Made by a program: the position numbers and the translations under genes. From Magallana gigas (Eukaryota): a DNA stretch of 64,000 nt. Positions within the stretch are counted from its first letter, which is position 1. Each line of letters starts with the position of its first letter. Positions 13,472 to 26,299 of the stretch are shown here, piece by piece. The stretch spans positions 9,176,001 through 9,240,000 of the forward strand of contig NC_088854.1 in NCBI RefSeq assembly GCF_963853765.1, in the 5' to 3' direction. The notes beneath the pieces were generated by a model. The model made no database searches. It had not been told where the DNA came from and was given only the letters and a program-made list of their open reading frames with translations.

Positions 13472-14420
13472 TTATACCCCTGCAAACAAAGTATATTGGG
13501 GTATATTGGTTTCACCCTGTCCGTCTGTCTGTAGATGCAACTTTGTCCCCCCTATAGAATTTTTTACTACTGCGTGGAACAGTCTGAAAATTTGTACATA
13601 TGTTGATCACCATCTGAAGATGTCCACCTGCAATTTTTTTTAAGATCAGACAAGATTTAATGATTTTATGATAGTTTTCATTTTCCTTATTCCATATATT
13701 GTACACTAATGTTGAAAAGTAATGGAAGTAATCCTTACAGATTTTATGAATTAATTAATAGTATTAAAACACTCTAAGATATATTTATATAAATACATCC
13801 AAATAACTAAATTTATTTTTTATAAGTATTCTATCAACTGACAATGCAAAATTTTTGTTTGTCAATGATAAATTCTTAGGAGCTAATAAGAACATCAAAG
13901 ACAAGTGTGGCTGAATTCATTTGTCCCAAGGGGGCCATTATCTGAGCCATGGTTTAGATGGAGCATGTGTTTAGGGAAATTTCTGATATGGAGTTCCATT
14001 GTACCACAGGAGAAAGTGGGGAAAATTTGAAACAACTAATTGCATTTGTCAAGACTTTTATTAGAAAGATATTCAAAGTTTTATCAACAGAAGAGCATTG
14101 CTTGGCTACCGTTATTTCCATTTACTGCAAAGGGAGGGGTTATTGTCATTTTATTGGTTTTTCGTTAAAACAATTAAATAAAAAAAATATCAGCAGATAC
14201 ATAAATTTGTAAATGTATTACTGTTATATGTATTTAAAGTGAAATTCTGACAATTTTGAGTTTAATTTTTCTTTGTCAACAAACTTTTTTTTTTTTTTTT
14301 TACAATTCTAGAATTTTTTTATTTGTATGTGTTCCAAACCTTCATTATTCAATTCAATTATTTGTCCCCATTTGAAATTAGCCTTGCGGGGGTATTAGTC
14401 CCATTAGGACAGTTTTAGTT
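13472..14420 (+). mobile_element. DINE-1/HINE-like non-autonomous Helentron
   Basis: 5' TTATACCCC...GGGGTATA subterminal inverted repeat plus GTCCGTCTGTCTG microsatellite. 3' GGGGGTATT, short palindrome GTCC-CATTA-GGAC and AGTTTTAGTT end. Confidence 0.7.
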
Positions 14421-15616
14421 AGTTTCGCTCAGTAAATGTCTATGCCAACATGTGCCAAACTTCAATTTCTTCTCAGGATGATAACATAGATGATTTGAGT
14501 TAAAAATTATATTTTGTAGTAGTAAGAATGAAGTTGCGCCAGAAAATGTCCTGTGAGTGACTTGTGTAATATTTGCAAATAGTATTTGTTGCTGTCTACT
14601 TTAGTTATGCTTGTATTGGCTCTGCAACAGAGTTGAAGTTGCACCAGAATATGTCTTGAGTGACCTGTGTATGATTTGCATGTATTTTTTTTTCTCTTTT
14701 ACATATTATGTTATGCTTGTATTGGATCTTAAAAATTGAAGAAAAAAAATAATATTGTTTTTAAGCAATTTAATGTTTTTATAAAAGGCTTATTGAAGTC
14801 ACACGATCCCAATCAATTTACAACTTTTAAAAGTGTAAGTTTTACTGACACCTCCAATATACATAAAGAGGAACAGAATATACAATGACCCTTAAACTAC
14901 TTTGCCAAAAACCCCATGGCCACTATTGTACATGTATATGCTTACTAACCATCTGCCAACATGAGAAACATTTCTCATTCTAATGTGCTCATGAATGAAA
15001 TTGAAAACTGAAATATTTGCACACGGAGAAGTTTTTACAAAGTATGTCTTATTTCAAATATGTCACACAAAATTGGTCATTATACACTTGTACTTTAATA
15101 CTACAGCATGAATGGTTTAGTACTAGACATTTGTCAGAAATTATTTATTTGTTTTATTGAGTTTTTTAATAAAACATTTCCTATTGTGATATGATGCGTT
15201 TTTGTTGGTCTTTTTACACATGAACTTAGGTTGCAGGTTAACTTTTTTTGGTCAATGTTTAATGCCTGTTTTTGTGTAACTCTTAAATGCTAATATATTC
15301 ATCTTCTCCACGTCCACTTGACAAATATCAGTCAAACGTGGTAAAAAGCATCCTAATGTGAATACCTTGTAAAATCATTCTAACAAGGGTTGCTCTCTAT
15401 ATAAGAACAAGACGCTGGAAAATGGGGGTGATGTTTCAAAGTATTCTTTGGATAATCACTGTAACAGATATGTCAATATTTTGAATAAAAGTCTATCAAA
15501 TTCTGTAGATTTAAGTAAAGTCCAACCCCATAACGTATGATGGGATAAAAAGGGCTGGAATTTTTTTTAAAATGGCTCAAAAACTGCAACTTTGCAATGC
15601 GACTCTTTAATAAAAT

Positions 15617-15947
15617 TTACTTCATCCTAAAATGTACATTATATAATGATTTACGAAATTTACTTATTAGAAATACCACTGGCTCAACAAATTATGAAGA
15701 ATTTGAATTATTCAGAACTTTAGTATGTACTTATCCCCGGCAATGCTCTCAATTTATTATTAATGCTCTAAAACTAAGACAATCAAAATTTTCACGTTGA
15801 CTTTTAAATATGTAATTTATATAACCAGTGACATATAGGTCCGATGGGCCGGGTGCTATTATCTTGTATTATTGTTTCACTGTATTATTGTAACATGCAA
15901 AATGCACATGTCACTATAATAAATGATTTACTTACTTACTTACTTAC
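15617..15947 (+). mobile_element. 3' fragment of a second LINE family
   Basis: Encodes FILKCTLYNDLRNLL, resembling the ORF2 C-terminal motif, then a stop, a 3' UTR, AATAAA and a (TTAC)5 tail. Confidence 0.6.
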
Positions 15948-17136
15948 AATAAAGACATTCTGATATTGTATAAAATGCGGTTCTGTCCCTTGTTAACTCG
16001 CAATCAACTAGAAGAGCAAAGAATACTCCATGGTCTCTCGGACACCATAGAGATAAAATACTTGGACAAAAGAGTCCAAAGAGATATCATTGTGAATATG
16101 AGAGCTAGCTTTCTAGCAAAAAAAGTATGGAAAAACAGATACATTTAACTTTCTACATAAGAATATAATTTTTCTAAGATGTCTTTTAAAAATATTCCTC
16201 TATTTTTATAATTTACATTGTTTATATTTAAATAACAAATACCTGTGATAAAATTAAAGTTAAGCGATATCATAAGAAAGACCGAGGACAACAAATTAGA
16301 GTAAAACGGGTTGCTTCAGAAGAAGGGAAATACCCGTGTATATATATGATAAGGGTATCATCAAATCGACAATTAAGTACAGACACAATCAAGTTTAGAC
16401 AAGACCTAGTACATGGATATTTAAAGGAGACATAAAATACACAGGTTGCACCTGCGGTCACTCGGTGGTTTCCTGAGCCTTTTTTTTTTAACAAATCTGA
16501 TATTTCAGATTGCCGGACAGCCAAACTGTGTTCCGAATATGATAACAAATGATGTGCTCAAATAGAGCACATCATATTCGGAATCATTGCCACGGCTATG
16601 GAAAAAATAATATTACAACAACATTTGTTGTTCGGCCTTTAAATTGAATTGAAGCAACATAGTTTGAACTTTTCGTTAATTTAAGAAGTTAAAATAATTC
16701 ATTCTATTGCTTATCATTTTGCCATTTATGCGATTGCTTCTCTCCTTTGTAAACAAGGCTTTGTATAATTATGTAACATTGCCATCCAGTGATTAGTTTT
16801 GCCCAAGTGAACTCTTATAAACCTGAATGAAACTGCAATCAACCTTAAAAATACTTAATGAATATAGTGGTTCTGACTAACCGTTAAATATCGTTTTACA
16901 TTAATGAGCAAAAGCGATCTTTTTATACCCCCAATGAACGCCTATGTCATCTAAATGTACCCTAATAACACCAAAATTATTAAAACAACAACCAGACATA
17001 AGTCTCTGCAACAACATATGATTTTCGAACTGAATATTTTATTACCAAATGCTCGTATCCATAAATACCTATTACACCAAAATTCAGAAAGTTTTGACAA
17101 AATATCAATCTGTAGAACGTGTCACACTCTTTTTAC

Positions 17137-17948
17137 TTGCTGGTTCTTTTGATCTGCGCACCGGTCATCTAGCCATCCTGTGGGGACGATGCCGTCATGT
17201 GCTCCACACACGGATACGTATTCTATAACACACTCTCTCCATCGCAGATAAAAACTGGAAGTAAGAGAACACCAATGCTTGCTTTATTGACTGATTTAAG
17301 ATATGATCAGTTCTGTTTGTGTTTTGTTTCACCGTCAGTCATAGAAGAAACTTTGTAATAGAGTTTGTCCTTGTTTTCTTAACATTACTTGTTACATGTT
17401 ATTTTGGTCGCACTGAAAATTATCAAAAAGATCGAATTCCATAAAACGCTTCTTTATTGCCTTTTGATTTGCATATAGTTTGACGAATTTGTTTTCATGA
17501 TTCTAAGATTTAGAAAATATTATTTTTTAGCCATGCAGCAATTTCCGATCAAGCGCCATCTACACAGTACTTGATTTTACAATCCGTTAAGATCAGCTAA
17601 TTTATTACAAAGTTAGCATTTTTAAGCGTTGAACTTGAAATAGAAAACACTTGAAACACATTTAGTGTATCAGAAACAATAGTCTCACCTGCACATATTC
17701 GTTAAAATGTCTTGCAAGGAATGTTTTGCAACTATTTCTGCGCAAGTGCCATACACTGATGTATCATCGCACTCATATCCGGTTTTCGTGGGGACCAACG
17801 AAGCTGCTTGATATGAAAAAAAGTTCAAAGAATGAAGAAAAATGAGGCAAGGATTGTAAATGGCAAGAATTGACACAGACCTGCTGCTACCTTCAGAGAG
17901 GCTGATAAGGAGTGTAACTGCCGCAATCACTGGTATCCGTATATCCAT
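17137..17948 (-). CDS. orphan secreted Cys-containing protein (at least 98 aa; last exon unresolved)
   Basis: Exons 17948-17891 (signal peptide MDIRIPVIAAVTLLISLSEA), 17806-17689 and 17254-17137, phases 1 and 2 consistent, six Cys. Ends either by read-through (VKRV*) or via candidate exon 16525-16505 (FGCPAI*). TATAAAT on the minus strand near 18062-18068. Confidence 0.7.
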
Positions 17949-18915
17949 GTCTTCTTATAGCTTAAATATTAAATCAGTGACATCATTTACGATTTGATTA
18001 ATTTTTTCGTTTCCAAAGTTTATCAATTAACAAATAAGAAAATGTGAGTAATGTGTTATCACATTTATACACGCGTGCACGTTCCGCCAATTCAATGGCA
18101 CCGAATTTTATTCGTTAATACGAAGAGAACCACGGTTAGTTTTACTGCATTTAATTTGATGTATAATATTTAGATGGCATAAAACGTTCAGATATTGGCT
18201 TGTTGACATTTTCACAATCGCTTTAGATACAAATTCGGTTAATTAATGATACATGTAGTATTATATAATATCCTAAAGTCGAGAAGTTTGTACATTAATA
18301 ATAATCAGTTTGATTCTTATTTTAAAAAAATACAATATTGACTATACTCACCTACTAGTATGTACTCTCTGTAGTACCTAGTCCGCTGGTCGAGGTGGCA
18401 TAGACAGCTGAATCCGACAGATAATATGCCCTATGCAGGGGGCACGGCCGCTACCCCCTCGGAGTGGAAGTCCCCCCAACCTCGAGCTCGCACCTGTTGT
18501 TTACCGAGACAATCGACCTTGACATTCCATATTTGGTACTGATTTCCAAAACAGTTACAGTGTTCACAAACATTATATTTTGACATCAGTAATTAATGAA
18601 TATTAAAAATGTGCTTATTTATTGATAAAATATTTAGATAAGACAAAGCTGAACACATAGAGTCTGCTTTTGTAGGGGCAATGAAACAATTACTTCAAAA
18701 ATATCACTAACAAGAGAAAATAATTAGAAAAATTAACAACCATTTTATAGTTTAAACAACTTTAACATATGGTTGAACAATATAACATGCCATATAATGG
18801 GTATAACATGCAGTCAAATTAGGACGACCGATCAATCTTCTGTTGACGTTACTGTATATCATATCATATATAAATGTGTGTATCAGTCATGCTATACAAC
18901 AAACAAAACCTGGCT

Positions 18916-19310
18916 GTTGGAATTTCAAACTTAAATCTTTGAATAGGATTTTCAAAGTTATCTTGGAATTTTCAGCTTGAAAGTTGATTTTTCCAACTTT
19001 AAAGTTGGAATTTCCCATTTTATTCTCGGAATTTCCAACTTTAATTGTTGGCATTTCCAGTTTCCATCGTGGAATTTCCTACTATGAAGTTGATTTATCC
19101 AACTTTAATCTTGGAAATTTCCAACTTAAAAGTTGGAATTTCCAGCTTTAGTCCTAGTTTATTTTTTTTTTCAACTTTAAAGTTGGAGTTTCCAACATTA
19201 AACTTGGAATTTCCAACTTTAAAGTTGATATTTCCAACTTTAAAGTTGGTTTTTTTCATTTAAAAGTTGGAATTTTCAACTTGAATCCTGGAAATTTCAA
19301 CTTTGATTTC
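18916..19310. repeat. ~21-bp palindromic minisatellite (AAAGTTGGAATTTCCAACTTT)n
   Basis: About 17 degenerate units. A second, oppositely oriented cluster lies at ~19645-19742. Confidence 0.9.
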
Positions 19311-19948
19311 TGCTGAACATTATTACCATGCGTTTTTCATTTTCAGACGAATGTCTTTTTATTAAGAGATCATTATCAATGCCATGTATATAAAGGCAGT
19401 ATCAAAACTCTGACTTTGATCTTCATTGTCTCCTAGTGTACTTCTTTCAAATCCTGTATTTAACTAACGATACCCCCTGTTTTACATATTAAGATAACAT
19501 TTATTTGATTCAAAATAATTTCTATATTTGATACTGTAGACATTTAAACGTTTTAATTTTCACATATATACAATTATAAGCTTATACACAGTTTGCCTGT
19601 GATATAATGTATACTGTTATATCAACAAGAAATTAGTTAAAACAAAAAATTTGGAAATTTTAAGATTAAGATTGGAAAATTCAACTTCAAATTGGAAATT
19701 CCAAGATTAAAGATGAAAATTACAACTTTAAAGTTGGAAATTCGTTTCCGTAGTATTTTACTAGAATGCGCAAAAACATGCGCAATGAAAACTAAAGTTG
19801 GCTTCCTTAAACTCCTTACGAAGAAGCGCTATTCAAAAGGAAAATGAAAAATGTTTATTTAAAGCTTAAACATATTATTCTTTTCTTCTCTAAATGATAG
19901 TTAATGATATCTAATACAGTAATTCAGGATACAATGTAGATCTGATAG

Positions 19949-20118
19949 TCAAGGAGGCTGGATGGTCAATAAATTAACCATCAGATCTACCTAAAATTTA
20001 AGGTACGAAAAAATCATTTTATTTTAATACTTAGTAAAAGGTAATTTTTCTATAGAGCTCTTCTTCTATAGAAGATCAATACAGTCTAAAATTCGCCACA
20101 GCCATCCAGTCCTCTTAA
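19949..20118. mobile_element. TTAA-type MITE (Kolobok/piggyBac-like termini)
   Basis: TCAAGGAGGCTGGATGG...CAGCCATCCAGTCCTCTTAA. Same family as 43628-43848 and a fragment at ~45595-45645. Confidence 0.6.
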
Positions 20119-20546
20119 TTGGTTGACTCTCCAGCCTTCTTTAATTATAAATAATTCGCATTAGAGAAAATTTCACAAGAATGGCCAGAGCATCGTCGTT
20201 GCAAATATTTTTGGTTTTTGTACTTGTTAAGGTGCTCCGATCCTCAGCTACAAATTATATTTTTATCTTAAAAACGTTATTTGTCCTTTTAATTTTAAAA
20301 ATGAAATGAAATTATGGCTGAGGATTGAATATCGATAAATGATCAACATATGCATGGTCGCAAAAATAAGCAGAGCAGCTTTTATTGGGGGAAGAATCTA
20401 CATGCATTTGCGAATAAACAGCGAAAATCTTTTCCTTTATTTATTTTAGCAGGAAACATTCGCCACAATGGAGCTCTCCTTTCGCGCGATTTTTTTTATA
20501 CGCCATTAAAATATTATTCAAAGCCTCTGTGGAGTCATTGAGATTC

Positions 20547-20639
20547 ACAACCACGCAAGCCACGGTTTTTCGGTCCTTGCCATTTCCCAGTAAATGGAGA
20601 GCAGAGTGAGCTGAAAAACCATTGGCTTGCGAAGATGTG
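20547..20639. mobile_element. degenerate small palindromic MITE related to 24664-24750
   Basis: CAACCACGCAAGCCA...TGGCTTGCGAAGATG termini with a similar internal TTTTCGGTCC. Confidence 0.55.
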
Positions 20640-21068
20640 ATTCATAGATACCGTTTTCCATGGTTATTTTTATAGGTTTGTCAGGCTTTCTTTGTATATT
20701 CCTTGTATAAAACTTAGGAAACTCCTGTGGTTTATAATTTACAATTTAAATTCTTGGCTGAAGGTTTCTACAAATTATTACAATGTTGACTAAATAGTCC
20801 ATAAAATTATTACGCTTATTTTGATGATGATCATAGACAATTTTTTCTACACAGTTTAAGTTTACAAGGAACCGTAATATGTAACATACTTGCTGCCTCA
20901 AATCAGCTTCAACCTTATAATGACTTTTGTACTCCAATTGAAATTAAAAAAAAAAAAAAGGAGAAAAGTTCAGTTTGTTTCACATACACTTTTTAATCAA
21001 TATTTTCTAACAAACATCACATTTTTGCATGTTGTGTGGTATTTTTAAAGTCACTTTAGTTGTAACGT

Positions 21069-23459
21069 TCAATTAGCTTTCGCTCTCTCAGCATCCATTT
21101 TTTTAATGTCCTCTTCTGTAAACATTTCAGTATCTCCGTAAGCACCAGGGATTTTATAACCACCCCAGCATCTACGGCCGATCACTTCACCCACGACAAA
21201 AAAGACGGCAACATCAGCTACCAGGAGTGATTTACAAAGGGCTTCCTGGCAAAAAAACACAACAAAACAATGAATTAGCTTTGTGAAATTATACCGTACA
21301 CTCATTATATTGCTAGTAGATTGTAACATGTATTGCTAAGTTATTGTTCATGTATAATACAAACTGAGGGGAAATATATCTAAAGAAAATTTTATGTGTT
21401 ATTTTAATAAGCATTTTAACTGCATATAATTAAAATCACACAATCTCTAAATATATGTTATGCAAGTGGATGTGCCCAGGTGGTTCAAGTCAATGAACAC
21501 TTTCTTTGTTATACCACTGGACATCACTTTCCATTTATAATTATGAACCCTCAAATCAGACTACTTTTTTGAAAATGTTGGCAAGGTATATAATATATGA
21601 CTGATAGAATGTACATGTACAATACTAGGAAACCTGCTAAGTCATAGTGTCTATTACATTTGTTTGAAAATATAATGTTCCTACAATCACACGATTTAAA
21701 TAAATGTACTACATGTATCTATATAAAATCTAGCATGACCCATCAGCAGCAGTTTTAATAACAAGTGATCTGATCAGATAATCTGGCATAGACCAATATA
21801 AATTGTTCAGGATAAAGAAGTAGTTTAATATGACAACATTTATCATCAGCTGGTTACAATTGCTTTCAAATTTATCTTGTGTTTACTTGTAGCACCAGAA
21901 CCGCATGTGTTAACTGAATACTACACGTATAGCCTGTCAGGGTAGACATATCACCAAAATATCTAAACATATGTAAGTGGAAAAAAGATCCATTGATTGT
22001 TAAAGGATGCATCTTTAATTATCCTTTCTTGAACATTAGTCATCATCAAAAACATCTCATTGATCAAGCAACCATTTCAACACCAATTCAGTGGGATTTC
22101 AGATATTCATAATTTCTGTTGCCAAGGGGGTAGACTTGATGTAGAAAAAAACATTGCCTATTCTCTGTCCCAAAATGTCCTGGACCTCAGATTACATTTA
22201 GCTGAGTATTTGATATTTATAAATACCACTGGGTCAAAAGATTCACTACAATGAAAAATTTCAAGATTTTGTTGATGAAATATCCCCTCTATATATATGT
22301 TTTTCGGTTGTAGAAAAAAGCTTAATAAAAAAGATCTAAGGAGATTTTGTAATGCAAACAAAATTAAAATATGAAATTGTTTTAAAAAGGGGAAAGTTAT
22401 TCCAAGATATTGATGAGGAAAAAAGATGTCAGCTTTTCACATTTAATATCTGTGCGAGAAATACTTCATCATTCTAGTCAATCCTCAGGGTGACAAGTCA
22501 ATGACTGAAGAAAACTTGGGTCCCCCCCCCAATTAGTTTTCAGTTGTACTTATTTGACAGATATGTGTCTTTTTAATAAAAATAGTGAAAAAAGTGACAA
22601 AGACATTTAATCGGAACAGAGATAAGTGAGGTACTATACTCTGTCCCAAGATATTCTGGATTTACATTTGCCTTAATTGCTTGATATTTATAAATACCTC
22701 AGGGTTCAAACAATGTTCATTCAAAAGTATGAAAAATTTCCAAGATTTCTCAGTCGAAACGCCCCTGTTAGCTTATCAGGTTTCAGTACAATGCTAAAAA
22801 CTGTGATGTCTATGGGCCCTTTCAACTATTTCAATTGCACTTCTTTCACGGGAATGTGTATTTTCATTAAAAATCGTCCAAATGTGCTACATAAATATCT
22901 TGGGACAGACTATAGTTACACTGTAGGCCTAATAAAATATAATAAATCAGTACAAAATATTTTCCTTACTTTGACATTCATGTTAGCAATTTTTTGGCCG
23001 CTCATTTTAAATGGAAGGTCCAAGAATTTGGCGATGCTTTCTTTAGCCTCTATTGGGTTTGGTGGAGCAAGCTCTGTTTTGAAGTAAAGAGCAAGCATCT
23101 GCATGCGGCTCATGCTCTGCCCGTTGGCCTGACAAACCGCAACTAAATTTAAAGAAGAAAATTAAATTAAAAAATCTGACACATCAACGCTGTTACCGAA
23201 CTATTAGGATAACTTTAATAAATAGACATAAATAACATAAAATGTTGTGTATGTAGGTAAGCATGTTGATTCTCCAGGTGATGACACTGAACATTGGTGT
23301 AAATCATTCATTATATGTAAATTTTTTAATGTCTCACATATTTAGATTAGTTATTTCTGATTTAATACCTTTGTTGATGTGGTCTCTCCATGCTATTGTG
23401 GCATACTTTTTAACAAAATCGGTACTTCTTTGCACGAAACCCGTCAACCGAGCCGCCAT
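21069..23459 (-). CDS. ATP5MG: mitochondrial ATP synthase subunit g, 146 aa
   Basis: Exons 23459-23369, 23142-22970 and 21245-21069, phases 1 and 0. Motifs YFKTELAPP, NVKEAL and FFVVGEVIGRRCWGGY match subunit g (human KVELVPP, TVKEAV, FYVGEIIGKRGIIGY). Confidence 0.9.
22158..22915. mobile_element. two adjacent related TIR elements in ATP5MG intron 2
   Basis: Left termini CTATTCTCTGTCCCAAAA (22158) and CTATACTCTGTCCCAAGATA (22634); right terminus TATCTTGGGACAGACTATAG (22915). Same TIR family as 57351-58165. Confidence 0.65.
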
Positions 23460-23623
23460 GTTTGACCTTCAGTGAGTCAACCTAAAACAAGTCGTTCATA
23501 GAAATGTCGAACACTATGTACGAGTTATTTAATTTTAAGTTGCGAAATCATTACTTTAGACGTTTAGTGATAGTGAATGCTGTTAATATTTAGTTCTGTT
23601 TAGCAGTTTTCGATTTTTAAAAG
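23460..23623. promoter_or_regulatory. putative bidirectional promoter ATP5MG / SC5D
   Basis: ATP5MG ATG at 23459 on the minus strand. Plus-strand donor AAAG|GTAAAG near 23623, and an acceptor directly before the SC5D ATG (24844). Confidence 0.5.
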
Positions 23624-24329
23624 GTAAAGTAAACCCTTTTAATCTTAAGTAATATTCTATCAGTTTAAGGTTAAAGGTGTAGTTACATGTAGGCCTACCG
23701 GTGAATAGGTAAGTGCATACAAGAACCGTTTAAACATTAGGTACAGTTAATGGCGAGATGATGATGATGGTAATATGTAGGCCTTATTTCTTTTTTGTAT
23801 TTATTAATGTAGCTGGCTTGTTTTGAATCAAGATGGTCTATATTTTTGTACCATTTCAAAGTTGGGACACTTTAGAATTCTACAAATATAGTAGCTGGAA
23901 CTGTAAATATAGTAGCTATAGTTTGCTGGATGATGTAAGAAACAAAGTCCACATCAGTGGAGTAAACATTCAGAATGATGGATGGCATCATTTAATGCAT
24001 ACAGGGCACAGAGTATCTCATATCATTAAAATGACTTTTTAAATTGTGTTCATTTAACATTTATTTGTATTAATGTTAAGCATTTAGGAAACAAATTGCA
24101 TTTGATTTTTCTAATTTTAAAATGATGGTACGTCTTAAAACACGTTTATTACATATATTCATTTTATATTTACATTTTCCAGTGTCTTTGCCTGTGATAA
24201 CACTACGTATCGATTTTGTACTATATAACCCATAATACAAAAGACGCCAAATTGAGGCGCCAGCGGGGTTTGCTTATTCATATTAAAATATTTAATCGTA
24301 CGATGGCTTAAAATTATATAAATATAAGT

Positions 24330-24478
24330 AATAAGGAATCATTCTTTGAGTATTATTAGGTGATAATTTCGGTCGGGGCGAGATCAAATCTATCATAAAG
24401 CCCTTCGGGCTTTATTGGATTTGATCACGCCCCGACCGAAATTATCACCTCATAATACTCAAAGAATGAGTCCTTATT
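24330..24478. mobile_element. long foldback element, family B
   Basis: ~70-bp arms around the apex GCCC-TTC-GGGC, which reads cGAAg on the minus strand. Confidence 0.85.
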
Positions 24479-24504
24479 CCTTATACATGTTCTGTTGTGA
24501 AATA

Positions 24505-24780
24505 GTTAAAAGAGTTGAACTTTGATATCTTGAACACTGATTGATTACAATGGATATGTCAAAGTGATTTTTTAAGTCCCAAACACTCATTTTTTCAGTA
24601 TTTTACCCTCTATAACTCGAATACTTGGATATCTCAAAGTTTTTAAACAGTCCCATCTAGTTTCATATTCGCTAGCCAAGAGTTTTCGGTCCACTTTGCT
24701 CCCTGCTCATGGGGAGCGAAGTGGACCAAAAAGCCTTGGCTAGCGAAGATGATCTAGTTTGTGATAACAAAGTTTGACTG
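24505..24780 (-). mobile_element. MITE; same family as 28220-28383 in opposite orientation, interrupted by a nested insertion
   Basis: Shared ACAATGGATATGTCAAAGTGATTT and GGATATCTC(G/A)AAGTTTTTAAACAGT segments. Confidence 0.7.
24664..24750. mobile_element. 87-bp Mutator-like MITE with 9-bp TSD
   Basis: TIR CATATTCGCTAGCCAAG / CTTGGCTAGCGAAGATG. TSD ATCTAGTTT at 24655-24663 and 24751-24759. Confidence 0.85.
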
Positions 24781-24845
24781 TGCATCTATTTTAGAATGAT
24801 AAATTAACAATGCAGAATCAATAAGTTTTTCCACTTTCACTTAGA

Positions 24846-26299
24846 ATGGACATAGTGCTGGGCTATGCTGACAGGTTTGTCCTTACCCCATATGTTTACC
24901 CCTCTACATGGACAGAGGATGACCCTCTCCGACAGATTCTTAGTCTCCTGCTGATTACAAACATTGGGGGATATATCCTGTATTTCATGACGGCCACCAT
25001 CAACTATTTCACTATATTTGATTCCCGCTTGATGAAACACCCGTTATTTTTAAAGGTAAAATGATTGAAAATCATGTACATACATACATACATATATATT
25101 TCAAAAATGTATGACTCTGAATAATTTTCATTTTTTCGAGATCGTAGTTTAATAATTATAAAGTTTTCTAACATTCACTGCCAGTTTAAGAGATCGACCA
25201 GTTCAAAATTCCAGTATATCACTATTGACCAGCAACTCAATTGATCGACTGTTATTAATTACGTATCTAAATAGTTCAGACAAATGAAAAGACACACAGA
25301 ATAGACATAAATACTAAATACTTGATAAAAAGATTAAAGTTGTGTTGTATTTGGTTTCAGAACCAAGTGAGACTTGAGATATTATACACAGTTAAATCTG
25401 TGCCCCTTATGTCCATCCCCACTGTGGCCTTATTCTTCATTGAGGTCAGAGGTTACAGTAAATTGTATGATGCAGTGCCCAACTCCTTGAGTGGTAAGAA
25501 CTCTCTGTCATCAAAACTAAATATGTGTAGTAAATTAAATACATGCATTGTTCAGTTGCTTTAAAAGATGAGAAATTGAATTGCATTTCTACAATTTCTA
25601 GACAAAATAATTTGAAATAGAATTTTGAACTGTTTCTTATCTAAGGAAAGATTTTATAATGTAAATTGCTTTTTGATTTAATAGGTATAAAAATTGGTGT
25701 TGATGATTTATGTTAAAAGCAATAATATTTCTAGGGTTTTTTTTGAGTGAAGCGCAACAAGGTTTTGTTTTTCAGACTGGTGTAACATTCTGCTCAGCGT
25801 TGTGAGTTTCATCGTGTTCACTGATGCCTGTATTTACTGGATCCACCGCTTCCTTCACCACAAACTTATATACAAATACATCCACAAAGACCACCACCGC
25901 TGGAAGGTCCCCACACCATTCGCTTCCCATGCTTTTCACCCCCTAGATGGATTTCTCCAAAGTTGTCCGTACCATATCTATCCCTTTCTGTTTCCGCTAC
26001 ACAAATGGACCTACCTGTGTCTGTTTGTGTTTGTGAACATTTGGACGGTGTCTATCCATGACGGTGACTACAGAGTGCCCCTCCCCTTGGAACCGTTCAT
26101 CAATGGCTCCGCCCACCACACCGATCACCACCTGTTCTACAACTATAACTATGGCCAGTTTTTCACTCTGTGGGACAGAATTGGGGGCTCCTTCAGGCAC
26201 CCCAGTTCACTGGAGGGCTGTGGTCCCATTCAAGATATACTCAAGAAAGAGAACTCCAATGGGACAACATCTAAAGGCAAGTTGAAAAAAGAGGAATGA
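24846..26299 (+). CDS. SC5D: lathosterol oxidase / sterol-C5-desaturase, 288 aa
   Basis: Exons 24846-25055, 25361-25493 and 25776-26299. His boxes HRFLH, HKDHH and HTDHH. Near-colinear with human SC5D (TPYVYP, KHPxFLKNQV, [27 protein letters not shown]). Confidence 0.97.

Noticed and set aside
19045-19263. ORF with repeated LEFPTL units
   Set aside because: Translation of the 21-bp minisatellite.
23277-23360. C box (GTGATGA) and D box (CTGA) suggesting a snoRNA
   Set aside because: Antisense to the host intron, and no terminal stem.
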